From the NCBI RefSeq assembly GCF_000284115.1, contig NC_017080.1:3090001-3122000 (forward strand): a stretch of 32,000 nt of DNA, written 5' to 3'. The first letter of the stretch is position 1, and every line of letters starts with the position of its first letter. Positions 26,101 through 32,000 of the stretch are shown here, one piece after another. The position numbers were made by a program, and so were the translations under genes. This stretch comes from Phycisphaera mikurensis NBRC 102666 (lineage in GTDB: Bacteria > Planctomycetota > Phycisphaerae > Phycisphaerales > Phycisphaeraceae). Below the pieces are notes generated by a model. That model searched no databases. It worked only from the letters and a program-made list of their open reading frames with translations, and was not told where the DNA came from.

Positions 26101-27067
26101 GGAGGAGCTCGCCGCCAGCGCCGGCCGGGCCGTGGCCGGCCTCGCCGACGACCGCTGGATCCGCGACGGACTGGTTTCCTGGAGCTTCGGAGACCTGCCC
26201 GAGACGGTCGACGTGGCGCACGCGGGCGTGAGGCTGCGCTGCTTCCCCACGCTGCTCGACCGCGGCGAGAGCGTCTCGCTGCGGGCGGTGGAGACGGCGG
26301 CCGAGGCCGAAGCGACGTTTCCCCGCGGCGTGCTGCGCCTCGCCCGGCTCGCCGTGCGGAGAGACCTCGTGAAGCGGGTGGAAGGCGCCCGCGGGGCGCA
26401 GCCGCTCGCGCTGATCGCCTCGACGCTCCCCGGCGGCGCGGCGGCACTCCAGCGCGACCTCGCCGACGCGGCGAGCGCCCGCGTCTTCGTGCCCCTGATC
26501 GAGGCCCACCCGTCCCGGAGCGCCGCCGCCTTCGAGGCCCTCGTCGAGGCCGGCCGCGGCGACCTCGCCGGCGCCGCCAGCGAGGCGACCGCCGAAGCCG
26601 CCGCCGCGCTCGGGCAGGGCCACGCCCTGCGCCTCGAGCTCGAGCGTCTCGCCAGACGCTGCCCGCCCGGCTGGGAGACGGCGGTGCGGCAGAGCCGAGA
26701 GCAGCTCGAGGACCTCCTGCGGCCCCGGTTCGTCGCCACCACGCCGGCCGGCCGGCTCCGCCACCTCGGCCGCTATCTCGCCGCCTCCCGCGAACGCCTC
26801 GCCGCGCTGGCCCGCGGCAAGCTCGCGAAGGACCGACCGCTCGCCGACGCCTTCGACCGGCGGATGGGGCCGCTGCGGGCACGCCTGAGCGAGGCGGGCG
26901 GCAGCGCCGCGCTGGAGAGCTCGCCCGAGCTGGCGGCCTACCGCTGGATGCTCGAGGAGTGGCGTGTCGCGCTCTTCGCCGCCGGGCTGGGCACCAGCCA
27001 GCCCGTCAGCGAGAAGCGCCTCGAGAAGCAGGCCGCCAAGGCCGACCGCGAGGCCCGCGGGGGCTAG
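23102..27067 (+). CDS. hrpA: ATP-dependent RNA helicase HrpA
   Basis: 1321 aa. CGETGSGKSTQLPKI, TQPRRLAARTLAQR, DEAHERSLNIDF, ITSATI, ATNVAESSVTVP, QRAGRCGR, and the long C-terminal HrpA-specific region. Confidence 0.96.
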   Translation: MSGPPEHPRPSDARRQDVPALRALWKKIQHAQSRNRPHDRDLARFEKRLAASVAAKAERAAAAPDVSYPADLPVSAEKDRIKELIARYQVAVLCGETGSGKSTQLPKILMELGHGSDGVIAHTQPRRLAARTLAQRVAAELSVPVGGVVGHSVRFEDRTGPQTRIRYLTDGLLLAELARDPDLLACDAVIVDEAHERSLNIDFLLGYLKRLLPRRPDLKLVITSATINTQLFAEHFRDEAGEPAPVIEVSGRTYPVEVRYAPPEDASDAAADRALLEAFDAAVRGTPGDVLVFLPTERAIGDAARLLRGHTQARSFPGGSVEVLPLYARLSNAEQQRVFSPSGPGRRVVLATNVAESSVTVPRITSVIDTGTARISRYSARARMQRLPIEPVSQASCRQRAGRCGRVAPGLCIRLYSEEDFDDRPAFEAPEVLRTSLASVILTMSSMGLGDPADFPFLEPPRPAAIREGRKTLHELGAAEKDGTLTELGRRMATLPVDPRVARMIFAGAEEGCLAEVLVIAAALEAQDPRLRPVEKQQAADQAHRPFVHPRSDFLTLLNLWDGIHREKDSLSGGAFKRWCSRTFLSHPKVREWAELHRQLVETARGAGLSPKRRTPGPEAVEKLGDAVTRALLAGLLSNVALREDGPAYKAAGAESGDRELFLWPGSALARAKPRWVVAAEVVSTTRQYARTCAQIDPRWIEDLAGDLVTQTHSNPRWEREAGGVFADEKVSFRGLVLVPKRRVKLSHVDPVQAREIFLHEALVGGDADLTAPFFLHNRELERGIEEEQARLRRVDLLADAKRRYRFYDERLPAEVTGVAELNRWLKRASEARRRRLFMAEADLREQEAEEDPGRPATIETGGLVLPVRYVHDASAEDDGATLEVPLAVLGRVGKERLDWGLPGQLEERLAAVIRSLPKPIRKTLAPAPDSARRAAARIRFGEGGFRAAAAEALGWVRGEALDPLLIDVAALDRHLRLGVAVLDDAGKELAQGRDLDALKEELAASAGRAVAGLADDRWIRDGLVSWSFGDLPETVDVAHAGVRLRCFPTLLDRGESVSLRAVETAAEAEATFPRGVLRLARLAVRRDLVKRVEGARGAQPLALIASTLPGGAAALQRDLADAASARVFVPLIEAHPSRSAAAFEALVEAGRGDLAGAASEATAEAAAALGQGHALRLELERLARRCPPGWETAVRQSREQLEDLLRPRFVATTPAGRLRHLGRYLAASRERLAALARGKLAKDRPLADAFDRRMGPLRARLSEAGGSAALESSPELAAYRWMLEEWRVALFAAGLGTSQPVSEKRLEKQAAKADREARGG

Positions 27068-27220
27068 AGCATCGTGCGCAATTTTCCGATCGGCCTGCGT
27101 CCGCGCGTCGTGTTCCTCGTGAGGAGGCGAAGCAGCCCTGCCCCTGCAGGGCGATGCAGCCGACGAAGCGAGGGGCACGACTCGCCCGCAGAGGCGATCG
27201 GAGAATTGCGCACGGTGCGC
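27067..27220. mobile_element. Candidate 154-bp MITE-like element with TA-flanked terminal inverted repeats
   Basis: GAGCATCGTGCGCAATTTTCCGATCG (27067-27092) against the reverse complement of CGATCGGAGAATTGCGCACGGTGCGC (27195-27220) gives 23/26 matches. Flanked by TA on both sides (27065-27066, 27221-27222), with no ORF inside. Confidence 0.55.
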
Positions 27221-27252
27221 TAAGGACGCGGACCCTCCGGAGCATGACCGAG

Positions 27253-27287
27253 CGGTCATGGATCGGCGGCCCGCCGATCCATGACCG
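27253..27287. promoter_or_regulatory. Near-seamless 35-nt perfect palindrome
   Basis: CGGTCATGGATCGGCGG-C-CCGCCGATCCATGACCG has 17-bp perfect arms around a single centre base and is preceded by another CATGACC...GGTCATG pair. Confidence 0.6.
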
Positions 27288-27316
27288 GACCCGGAAAGGC
27301 GGGGAGGAGCCGCCGC

Positions 27317-27344
27317 TTGACTGCGACGAAGAAAGTCGTAGTAT
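27317..27344 (+). promoter_or_regulatory. Probable sigma70-type promoter TTGACT-N16-TAGTAT
   Basis: TTGACT at 27317-27322 and TAGTAT at 27339-27344, immediately after the palindrome, implying a leader of about 180 nt before the ATG at 27533. Confidence 0.5.
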
Positions 27345-27384
27345 CCGCTCCTCGGGTCGCGGCGTCGCGGCCCGCGTCCGCACA

Positions 27385-27425
27385 GCAGACGACCGGCTTC
27401 CCTGGACGGTGCGCCGGTCGTCTGC
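27385..27425 (+). other. Leader hairpin: 13-bp perfect stem, 15-nt loop
   Basis: GCAGACGACCGGC-N15-GCCGGTCGTCTGC inside the presumed 5' UTR of the PEP-CTERM gene. Confidence 0.5.
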
Positions 27426-27532
27426 CTTCATCCGACGACCCGGAGGTCGCCGGCCCGCAGCATCCCCCGGCGCCGCCTGCGCCGCAAGCGAGCTCGGCCG
27501 GTGCGACCCGGGTTCCCGAAAGGAACGACCCC

Positions 27533-28210
27533 ATGATCGCCCCGAACCCGACCGCCCCCGGCCGCTGCGCGCTCGCGCTCGCCACCTCCGCGCTGCTCGT
27601 CGGCCCGGCCTCCGCCTCCGTCGCGCCCGGTTGGGACCGGCCGACGACGCCCGCGGACGCCGCGGCGGCCGGAACCTCCTACACGGCGTGGGACGTGTTC
27701 ACCGGCACGACCGAGCTCGCGCCCGACGTCGCCGAGGTGAACGCGGCCGGCTCCGCCCGGCTGAGCGAAACCACCGGAGAAGCCTTCGCCACCGGGAGCG
27801 GGAACATCTACTCCTTCTCCGCCGCAACGGCCTTCGACATCGCCCTGCCGGCCACGGCCACGCCGGGCGGCGTGACCGACTTCCAGTTGCAGCTCCGCAC
27901 GCTCGGCACCGCCCTGGACCTCGGCTCGGTCATGCTCGACGGTGTCGCGGCTTCAAGCCTCGCGGGCTTCTCCTACGCCGAGACCGGCAGGCTCCCGCTC
28001 GGCGGCTTCGGCGGCGACCGGGTGGACCACCTCTTCCGCTTCACCGGGCCGGCCGGCGGCGACGCGACGCTCCGCTTCGCCGCCGCGGGCAGCAGCATGA
28101 GCCTCGACCGGGTCTGGATCGACACACGCGTCCGCGCCGTGCCCGAGCCCGGCCCCGCGGCGCTCGCGCTCGCCGGTGTCGGCCTGCTCGCCCGCCGCCG
28201 CGGGGCTTGA
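27533..28210 (+). CDS. PEP-CTERM sorting-domain secreted protein of unknown function
   Basis: Signal peptide (CALALATSALLVGPASAS), beta-rich body, C-terminal VPEPGPAALALAGVGLLARRRGA, RBS-like AAAGGAA upstream. Confidence 0.85.
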   Translation: MIAPNPTAPGRCALALATSALLVGPASASVAPGWDRPTTPADAAAAGTSYTAWDVFTGTTELAPDVAEVNAAGSARLSETTGEAFATGSGNIYSFSAATAFDIALPATATPGGVTDFQLQLRTLGTALDLGSVMLDGVAASSLAGFSYAETGRLPLGGFGGDRVDHLFRFTGPAGGDATLRFAAAGSSMSLDRVWIDTRVRAVPEPGPAALALAGVGLLARRRGA

Positions 28211-28258
28211 GCCCACGCCTCTCCCCCTCGGCTGACGCCCTCCAACCAAGGAGTCCCC

Positions 28259-29161
28259 GTGCCCCCCCGCCCCCCGGCGCCCGCGGTTCGCGGCCGCCGC
28301 TGCCGCTGCCGCTGCTCCGCGTTCACGCTCATCGAGCTGCTGGCGGTCGTCTCGATCGTCGGCCTGCTCGTCGGCTTGCTGCTCCCGGTGCTCGCGGCGG
28401 CGCGGATCGCGGCGAACCACGTCGTCTACCTCTCGGCGGCCCGCCAGCTTTGCAGCGGCTACACCGCCTACCACGCCGACCACGGCGGCGACCTCCTGCT
28501 GGGCTACACGCCGCCGGCGATCGGCGGCGTGCCGGTGACCGTCCGCGACGCCATCAGCGGCCAGACCTTCGGCTACCCGGTCAGCGACCGGTACCCCTGG
28601 CGGCTGTCCCCCTGGGTCGGCGACGTCTGGCCGCTCCTGCACCTCCACGCGGAGGACCCGCAGCGGCCGGCGGCGGGCGACGCCCCCCCGGTCGCTCAGG
28701 CGAAGGCCTACCGGCTCAGCGTCGGGCCGGCCTTCGGCCTCAACAGCGTCTACCTCGGCGGCCACGCCGGCCCCTTCTACCGCGGCTTCAGCGCACCCGG
28801 CAACCGGCCGACGCGCAACGCGCACGTCGCCTTCCGCGCCGCCGAGGTCCGCGACGCGGCGGCGCAGGTCGTGTTCGCCGAGAGCCGGCTGCGCAACGCG
28901 GGCTCCGCCGCCGACCCCGACGCCGGCCTGCACTTCGTCAGCCCCCCGCGGGCCAACGGCCGGCGCTGGGTGGCCGCCGGCGGCGGCTTCGAGATCGCCA
29001 GCGGCCTGGTGACCGGCCTCCCGCTGGGCCGGCACGGGCCGGCCGCGGCCACCGCCTTCTTCGACGGGCACGCGGCCTCCCGCACGCCCGAGCAGCTGGC
29101 CGACATGCGCGGCTGGGCGCCCCGCGCCACCGACGCCGACTGGGACTTCCGATCGCCATGA
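28259..29161 (+). CDS. Prepilin-like N-cleavage/methylation and H-X9-DG domain protein
   Basis: SAFTLIELLAVVSIVGLLVGLLLPVL at the N-terminus, and HGPAAATAFFDG (exact H-X9-DG) near the C-terminus. AAGGAG upstream of the GTG start. Confidence 0.9.
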   Translation: MPPRPPAPAVRGRRCRCRCSAFTLIELLAVVSIVGLLVGLLLPVLAAARIAANHVVYLSAARQLCSGYTAYHADHGGDLLLGYTPPAIGGVPVTVRDAISGQTFGYPVSDRYPWRLSPWVGDVWPLLHLHAEDPQRPAAGDAPPVAQAKAYRLSVGPAFGLNSVYLGGHAGPFYRGFSAPGNRPTRNAHVAFRAAEVRDAAAQVVFAESRLRNAGSAADPDAGLHFVSPPRANGRRWVAAGGGFEIASGLVTGLPLGRHGPAAATAFFDGHAASRTPEQLADMRGWAPRATDADWDFRSP

Positions 29162-31167
29162 CCTTCCCTCCCCCGAGACCTTCCATGACCCCCCGCTTCC
29201 TCCTGCGAGCCGTTCCGGTCCTCGCGGCCCTGCTCACGCCCGCCGCGAATGCCCACTTCGTCTTCGTCGTGCCCGACGCCCCCGAAGCGACCGCCACCGG
29301 CCAGCCGGGGGGCGTCTCGGTCCTGATGAGCGAGAACCTCGAGCCCGACGCCGAGGTGCCGGTGGCGATCGTGTCCGGCGCCGAGCTCTCCGTGCGGGAC
29401 GCCGACGGCACGCAGCGCCCGCTCGACCTCGGCCCGGCCGACGGCGACCGCTTCAGGATCGACCTGCCCGCCGCCGCCGATCCCGAGGCCCCGCGCGTCG
29501 TCCGCGGCCTGGTCGACCTGGGCTTCACGCGACGCGGCGACGGCCCGGGCCACCTGCTGCTCTACCACCCCAAGACGATCCTCGGCGACGCTCTCGCGCC
29601 GTCCACGAGGCTTCGCTGGGGCGTGCCGGTGGAGCTGGTCCCCGTGGCGGACGGCGGCGGCGCCCGGCTGGTGCTGCTCGGCAACGGCCAGCCGCTGGCC
29701 GGGGCGGAGGTCACCGTGATCCACCCCGACGGGCGTGAGGAAGTCGTGACCACCGACGCCCGAGGCCGCACGCCGGTGCTGGCCGCGGGCGGCCGCTACG
29801 GCGCCTGGGCCCGCTTCTGGGTCGATGCGGACGGCGAGCGGGACGGCGAAGCCTTCACGCAGATCCGCCACTACGCCACGCTCGTGTTCGACGCGGACCG
29901 CGGCCTCGGCGGGGCCGGGGCCGCCGCTCCCGGCGCGGCCGCGGAGGAGGCTCCGGCGGCCGACGCCGGCCACGCGATCGAGCGGATCGCCGCGCTGCCC
30001 GAGGCCGCCGCCAGCGGCGGGATCGCCGCCGCCGGCGGCTGGCTCTACGCCTACGGCGGCCACGTCACGCCGACGCACGCGTACCACCGCGAGGCCGTGT
30101 CGGGCGCCTTCCACCGCGCCCGCCTCGACCGGCTCGCCGGCGGCGACGCGTCCGCCTGGGAGGCGTTGCCCGCCGGGGAGCCGCTCCAAGGCATGAACCT
30201 CGCCGCGCTCGGCGGCAAGCTCTACCTCGCCGGCGGCATGCAGCCGCAGAACCGCGAGGGCCACGAAGAAGACAACCGCTCCGTCGCCGACGCCCGCGTC
30301 TTCGATCCCGCCGCCGGCGCCTGGGGCGACCTGCCGCTGCTGCCCGAGCCCCGCTCCTCCCACGACCTGGTCGCCCTCGGCGGGAAGCTCTGGGTCGTCG
30401 GCGGCTGGCACATGCACGGCCGGGCGCAGACGTGGTCCGACACGATCCTCTGCCTCGACCCCGCGGCCGAGTCGCCCCGCTGGGAGGCACGCCCGCAGCC
30501 GTTCCGACGCCGCGCCCTGATCGCCGCCGCGTTCGAAGACCGCCTCTGGGTCATCGGCGGCATGAACGACGCGCAGAAGATCCCCGCCGCCGTCTCCATC
30601 TACGACCCCGCCTCCAACGCCTGGGCCGACGGCCCGCCCCTGCCCGCCGGCCGCTTCAATGGCTTCTCGCCCGCGGCCTGCGTCGCCGGCGGCCGGCTCT
30701 ACGTGAGCGTCGCCGACGGCACGCTGCTCCGCCTGTCCGCGGCAAAGGACGCGTGGGAGGAGGTCGCCCGCGCCGCCCCGCGGGTGGTCCACCGCATGGT
30801 CGCCGACGAAGCCCGCGGCCGGCTGCTGCTCGCCGGCGGTGCCTGGGACGGCGACAACCTCGACCGCATCGACGCGGTGGAGATCCCCGGACTCGCCGGA
30901 GCGACACCCGGCACGCCCGAGGCCGACGCCGACGCCCCGCCCGACGCAGCCGCCGCGGCCGCGTCCGCCGCCGCGGCCGCGGCGCAGACCCACTGCCCCG
31001 TGATGCCGAAGGTCGGGGTGAGCGAGGCGAGCCGCACCGTCTTCCACCGCGGCCACACGGTCCGCCTCTGCTGCCGCCTCTGTGTGAAGCACTGGAACGC
31101 AGACCCGCTGGCCTTCGCCGACCCCGACCTGCTCCCGCAGCTGCGGGCGGCGCCGAGCGACTCCTGA
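29158..31167 (+). CDS. Secreted DUF4198-like + Kelch-repeat + C-terminal Cys-rich metal-binding-like protein
   Basis: ATGA overlap with the upstream gene. AHFVFVVPD...HLLLYHPKTIL (DUF4198-like), several GGxLYxxGG Kelch-like blades, and C-terminal THCPVMPKVGV...VFHRGHTVRLCCRLCVKHWNADPLAF. Confidence 0.8.
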   Translation: MTFPPPRPSMTPRFLLRAVPVLAALLTPAANAHFVFVVPDAPEATATGQPGGVSVLMSENLEPDAEVPVAIVSGAELSVRDADGTQRPLDLGPADGDRFRIDLPAAADPEAPRVVRGLVDLGFTRRGDGPGHLLLYHPKTILGDALAPSTRLRWGVPVELVPVADGGGARLVLLGNGQPLAGAEVTVIHPDGREEVVTTDARGRTPVLAAGGRYGAWARFWVDADGERDGEAFTQIRHYATLVFDADRGLGGAGAAAPGAAAEEAPAADAGHAIERIAALPEAAASGGIAAAGGWLYAYGGHVTPTHAYHREAVSGAFHRARLDRLAGGDASAWEALPAGEPLQGMNLAALGGKLYLAGGMQPQNREGHEEDNRSVADARVFDPAAGAWGDLPLLPEPRSSHDLVALGGKLWVVGGWHMHGRAQTWSDTILCLDPAAESPRWEARPQPFRRRALIAAAFEDRLWVIGGMNDAQKIPAAVSIYDPASNAWADGPPLPAGRFNGFSPAACVAGGRLYVSVADGTLLRLSAAKDAWEEVARAAPRVVHRMVADEARGRLLLAGGAWDGDNLDRIDAVEIPGLAGATPGTPEADADAPPDAAAAAASAAAAAAQTHCPVMPKVGVSEASRTVFHRGHTVRLCCRLCVKHWNADPLAFADPDLLPQLRAAPSDS

Positions 31168-31241
31168 AGCGGCGGGCCGCCGCCGCCGTCACGCGCCGCC
31201 GGTTGCGGGTGCTGCCGGATCGGGGTGCCGGGCCTCGCGGG

Positions 31242-31448
31242 TCAGGCCGCCGCGGCGGCGAAGCCCGCGCAGCCGCTGATCGGCGTGACCTTCAGGCGCA
31301 GGCTCTCGTTGCGGGGATGGCCGCAGGGCTCGGTCATCCCGGCCGGGGCCGAGCGGGAGGTGCGGATCTGCACGAGCGGGGGCCGGTTCGGCTCGCCCTC
31401 GCCGAAGTGCCGACAGAGACCGCACTGACCGTCTTGGAGCGTGAGCAT
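31242..31448 (-). CDS. Small four-cysteine protein (68 aa), possible Zn-binding
   Basis: MLTLQDGQCGLCRHFGEGEPNRPPLVQIRTSRSAPAGMTEPCGHPRNESLRLKVTPISGCAGFAAAAA has Cys at 9, 12, 42 and 60 and non-low-complexity composition despite the GC background. Confidence 0.65.
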   Translation of the reverse strand: MLTLQDGQCGLCRHFGEGEPNRPPLVQIRTSRSAPAGMTEPCGHPRNESLRLKVTPISGCAGFAAAAA

Positions 31449-31545
31449 GGTGGAAGATCGTCCGCTTCGGAGGGCGACTGAAGCGCTGCGGCGGCCGCCG
31501 GGGCACCTCACGCCGGCCCCGCTTGGCGCTCCCGCCGCGTCCCCG

Positions 31546-31591
31546 CCGCGGACCGCGGCCGCTTCCGCCCGCTTGGGACCGCGGTCCGCGG
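31546..31591. repeat. 46-nt hairpin element copy C: CCGCGGACCG-N26-CGGTCCGCGG
   Basis: Core arms at 31546-31555 and 31582-31591, extending inward to 13-bp perfect arms. Located just downstream of the minus-strand gene ending at 31604. Confidence 0.75.
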
Positions 31592-31603
31592 ATCCGGGCC
31601 GCT

Positions 31604-32000
31604 TCAGGCCCCGCGGTCCTCCGGCCGCGCCAACTCCACCTTGAAGACGACCTTGCGGACGCGCTCGCCGGCGGCCCCCAGGCACGGCGCGTGGACGTCT
31701 TCGGGGAGGAACAGCGCGAACTGGCCCGGGTTCAGGCCGAACCAGACCGCCGATCCCGCCGCCGGCCCCTCGTAGAACGCGACGTCGCGCTCGGGATCGT
31801 GCGGCACCGAGAGGGTGAGGTCGTCCCGGAGCGGGCACCAGCCGAAGCCCTCGCGATCGCCCAGGACCACCTGGATGTCGGCGTAGCGCCGGTGCGCCTC
31901 CCACCGCGCCTCCTCCCGCGGCTTGAGGGGCTGGGTCTGCGGCATCACCAGCAGACGCTCGCCCACGAGGGGGATCGTCCGGTCGCCCTCCGCGACCAGC
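31604..32000 (-). CDS. YhcH/YjgK/YiaL family (DUF386) protein, truncated by the window edge
   Basis: EARWEAHRRYADIQVVLGDREGFGWCPL...YDPERDVAFY-type motif and NPGQFALFLPEDVHAPCLGA...VRKVVFKV. Frame stays open to position 32000. Confidence 0.85.
   Translation of the reverse strand, partial: LVAEGDRTIPLVGERLLVMPQTQPLKPREEARWEAHRRYADIQVVLGDREGFGWCPLRDDLTLSVPHDPERDVAFYEGPAAGSAVWFGLNPGQFALFLPEDVHAPCLGAAGERVRKVVFKVELARPEDRGA

Noticed and set aside
22886-27259. 1457-aa minus-strand ORF antisense to hrpA
   Set aside because: It is an Arg/Ala/Gly/Pro/His-rich low-order sequence with no domain motifs, fully antisense to an unmistakable HrpA. A GC-driven shadow ORF.
26959-31167. 1402-aa plus-strand ORF
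   Set aside because: Only the part from 29158 is a credible protein (signal peptide, DUF4198-like, Kelch). Upstream it is a frame-shadow crossing the MITE-like element and two real genes.
1-32000. tRNA, rRNA, CRISPR array, complete IS element, or phage/defence island
   Set aside because: I saw no regularly spaced direct repeats, cas genes, transposase or integrase, or recognisable tRNA/rRNA. The toxin-antitoxin pair is the only defence-associated-like locus. This is by-eye reading; Infernal/tRNAscan-SE and DefenseFinder would be decisive.

Overview
High-GC bacterial chromosome segment, probably planctomycete/Phycisphaerae-like. That affiliation is inferred from protein styles: PEP-CTERM tails, an H-X9-DG prepilin-like protein, and VWA and flippase-like membrane proteins. 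About 25 genes are supportable. They are a VWA protein, a Phd/VapC toxin-antitoxin pair, a GntR/ABC/permease cassette, two c-di-GMP enzymes, NlpC/P60, acyl desaturase, YbaB/EbfC, PilC and PilT, two flippase-like membrane proteins, YidD, HemB, nucleoside hydrolase, SDR, an outer-membrane-like protein, a GH5-like PEP-CTERM protein, HrpA, a PEP-CTERM / H-X9-DG / DUF4198-Kelch-metal-domain cassette, a small Cys protein, and a YhcH/YjgK/YiaL protein. No tRNA, rRNA, CRISPR array or full IS was seen. The most interesting signals lie outside the genes: (1) four copies of a fixed-geometry 46-nt element, CCGCGGACCG-N26-CGGTCCGCGG, at gene 3' ends; (2) a 154-bp TA-flanked inverted-repeat element whose junction supplies the hrpA stop codon, MITE-like; (3) concentric palindromes in the divergent promoter at 21.7 kb; (4) an inverted-repeat operator over a probable leaderless promoter for the GntR gene; (5) an ABC ATPase with a non-canonical Walker A motif (GRNGSCKST). 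All coordinates were read by eye; no database search was run.
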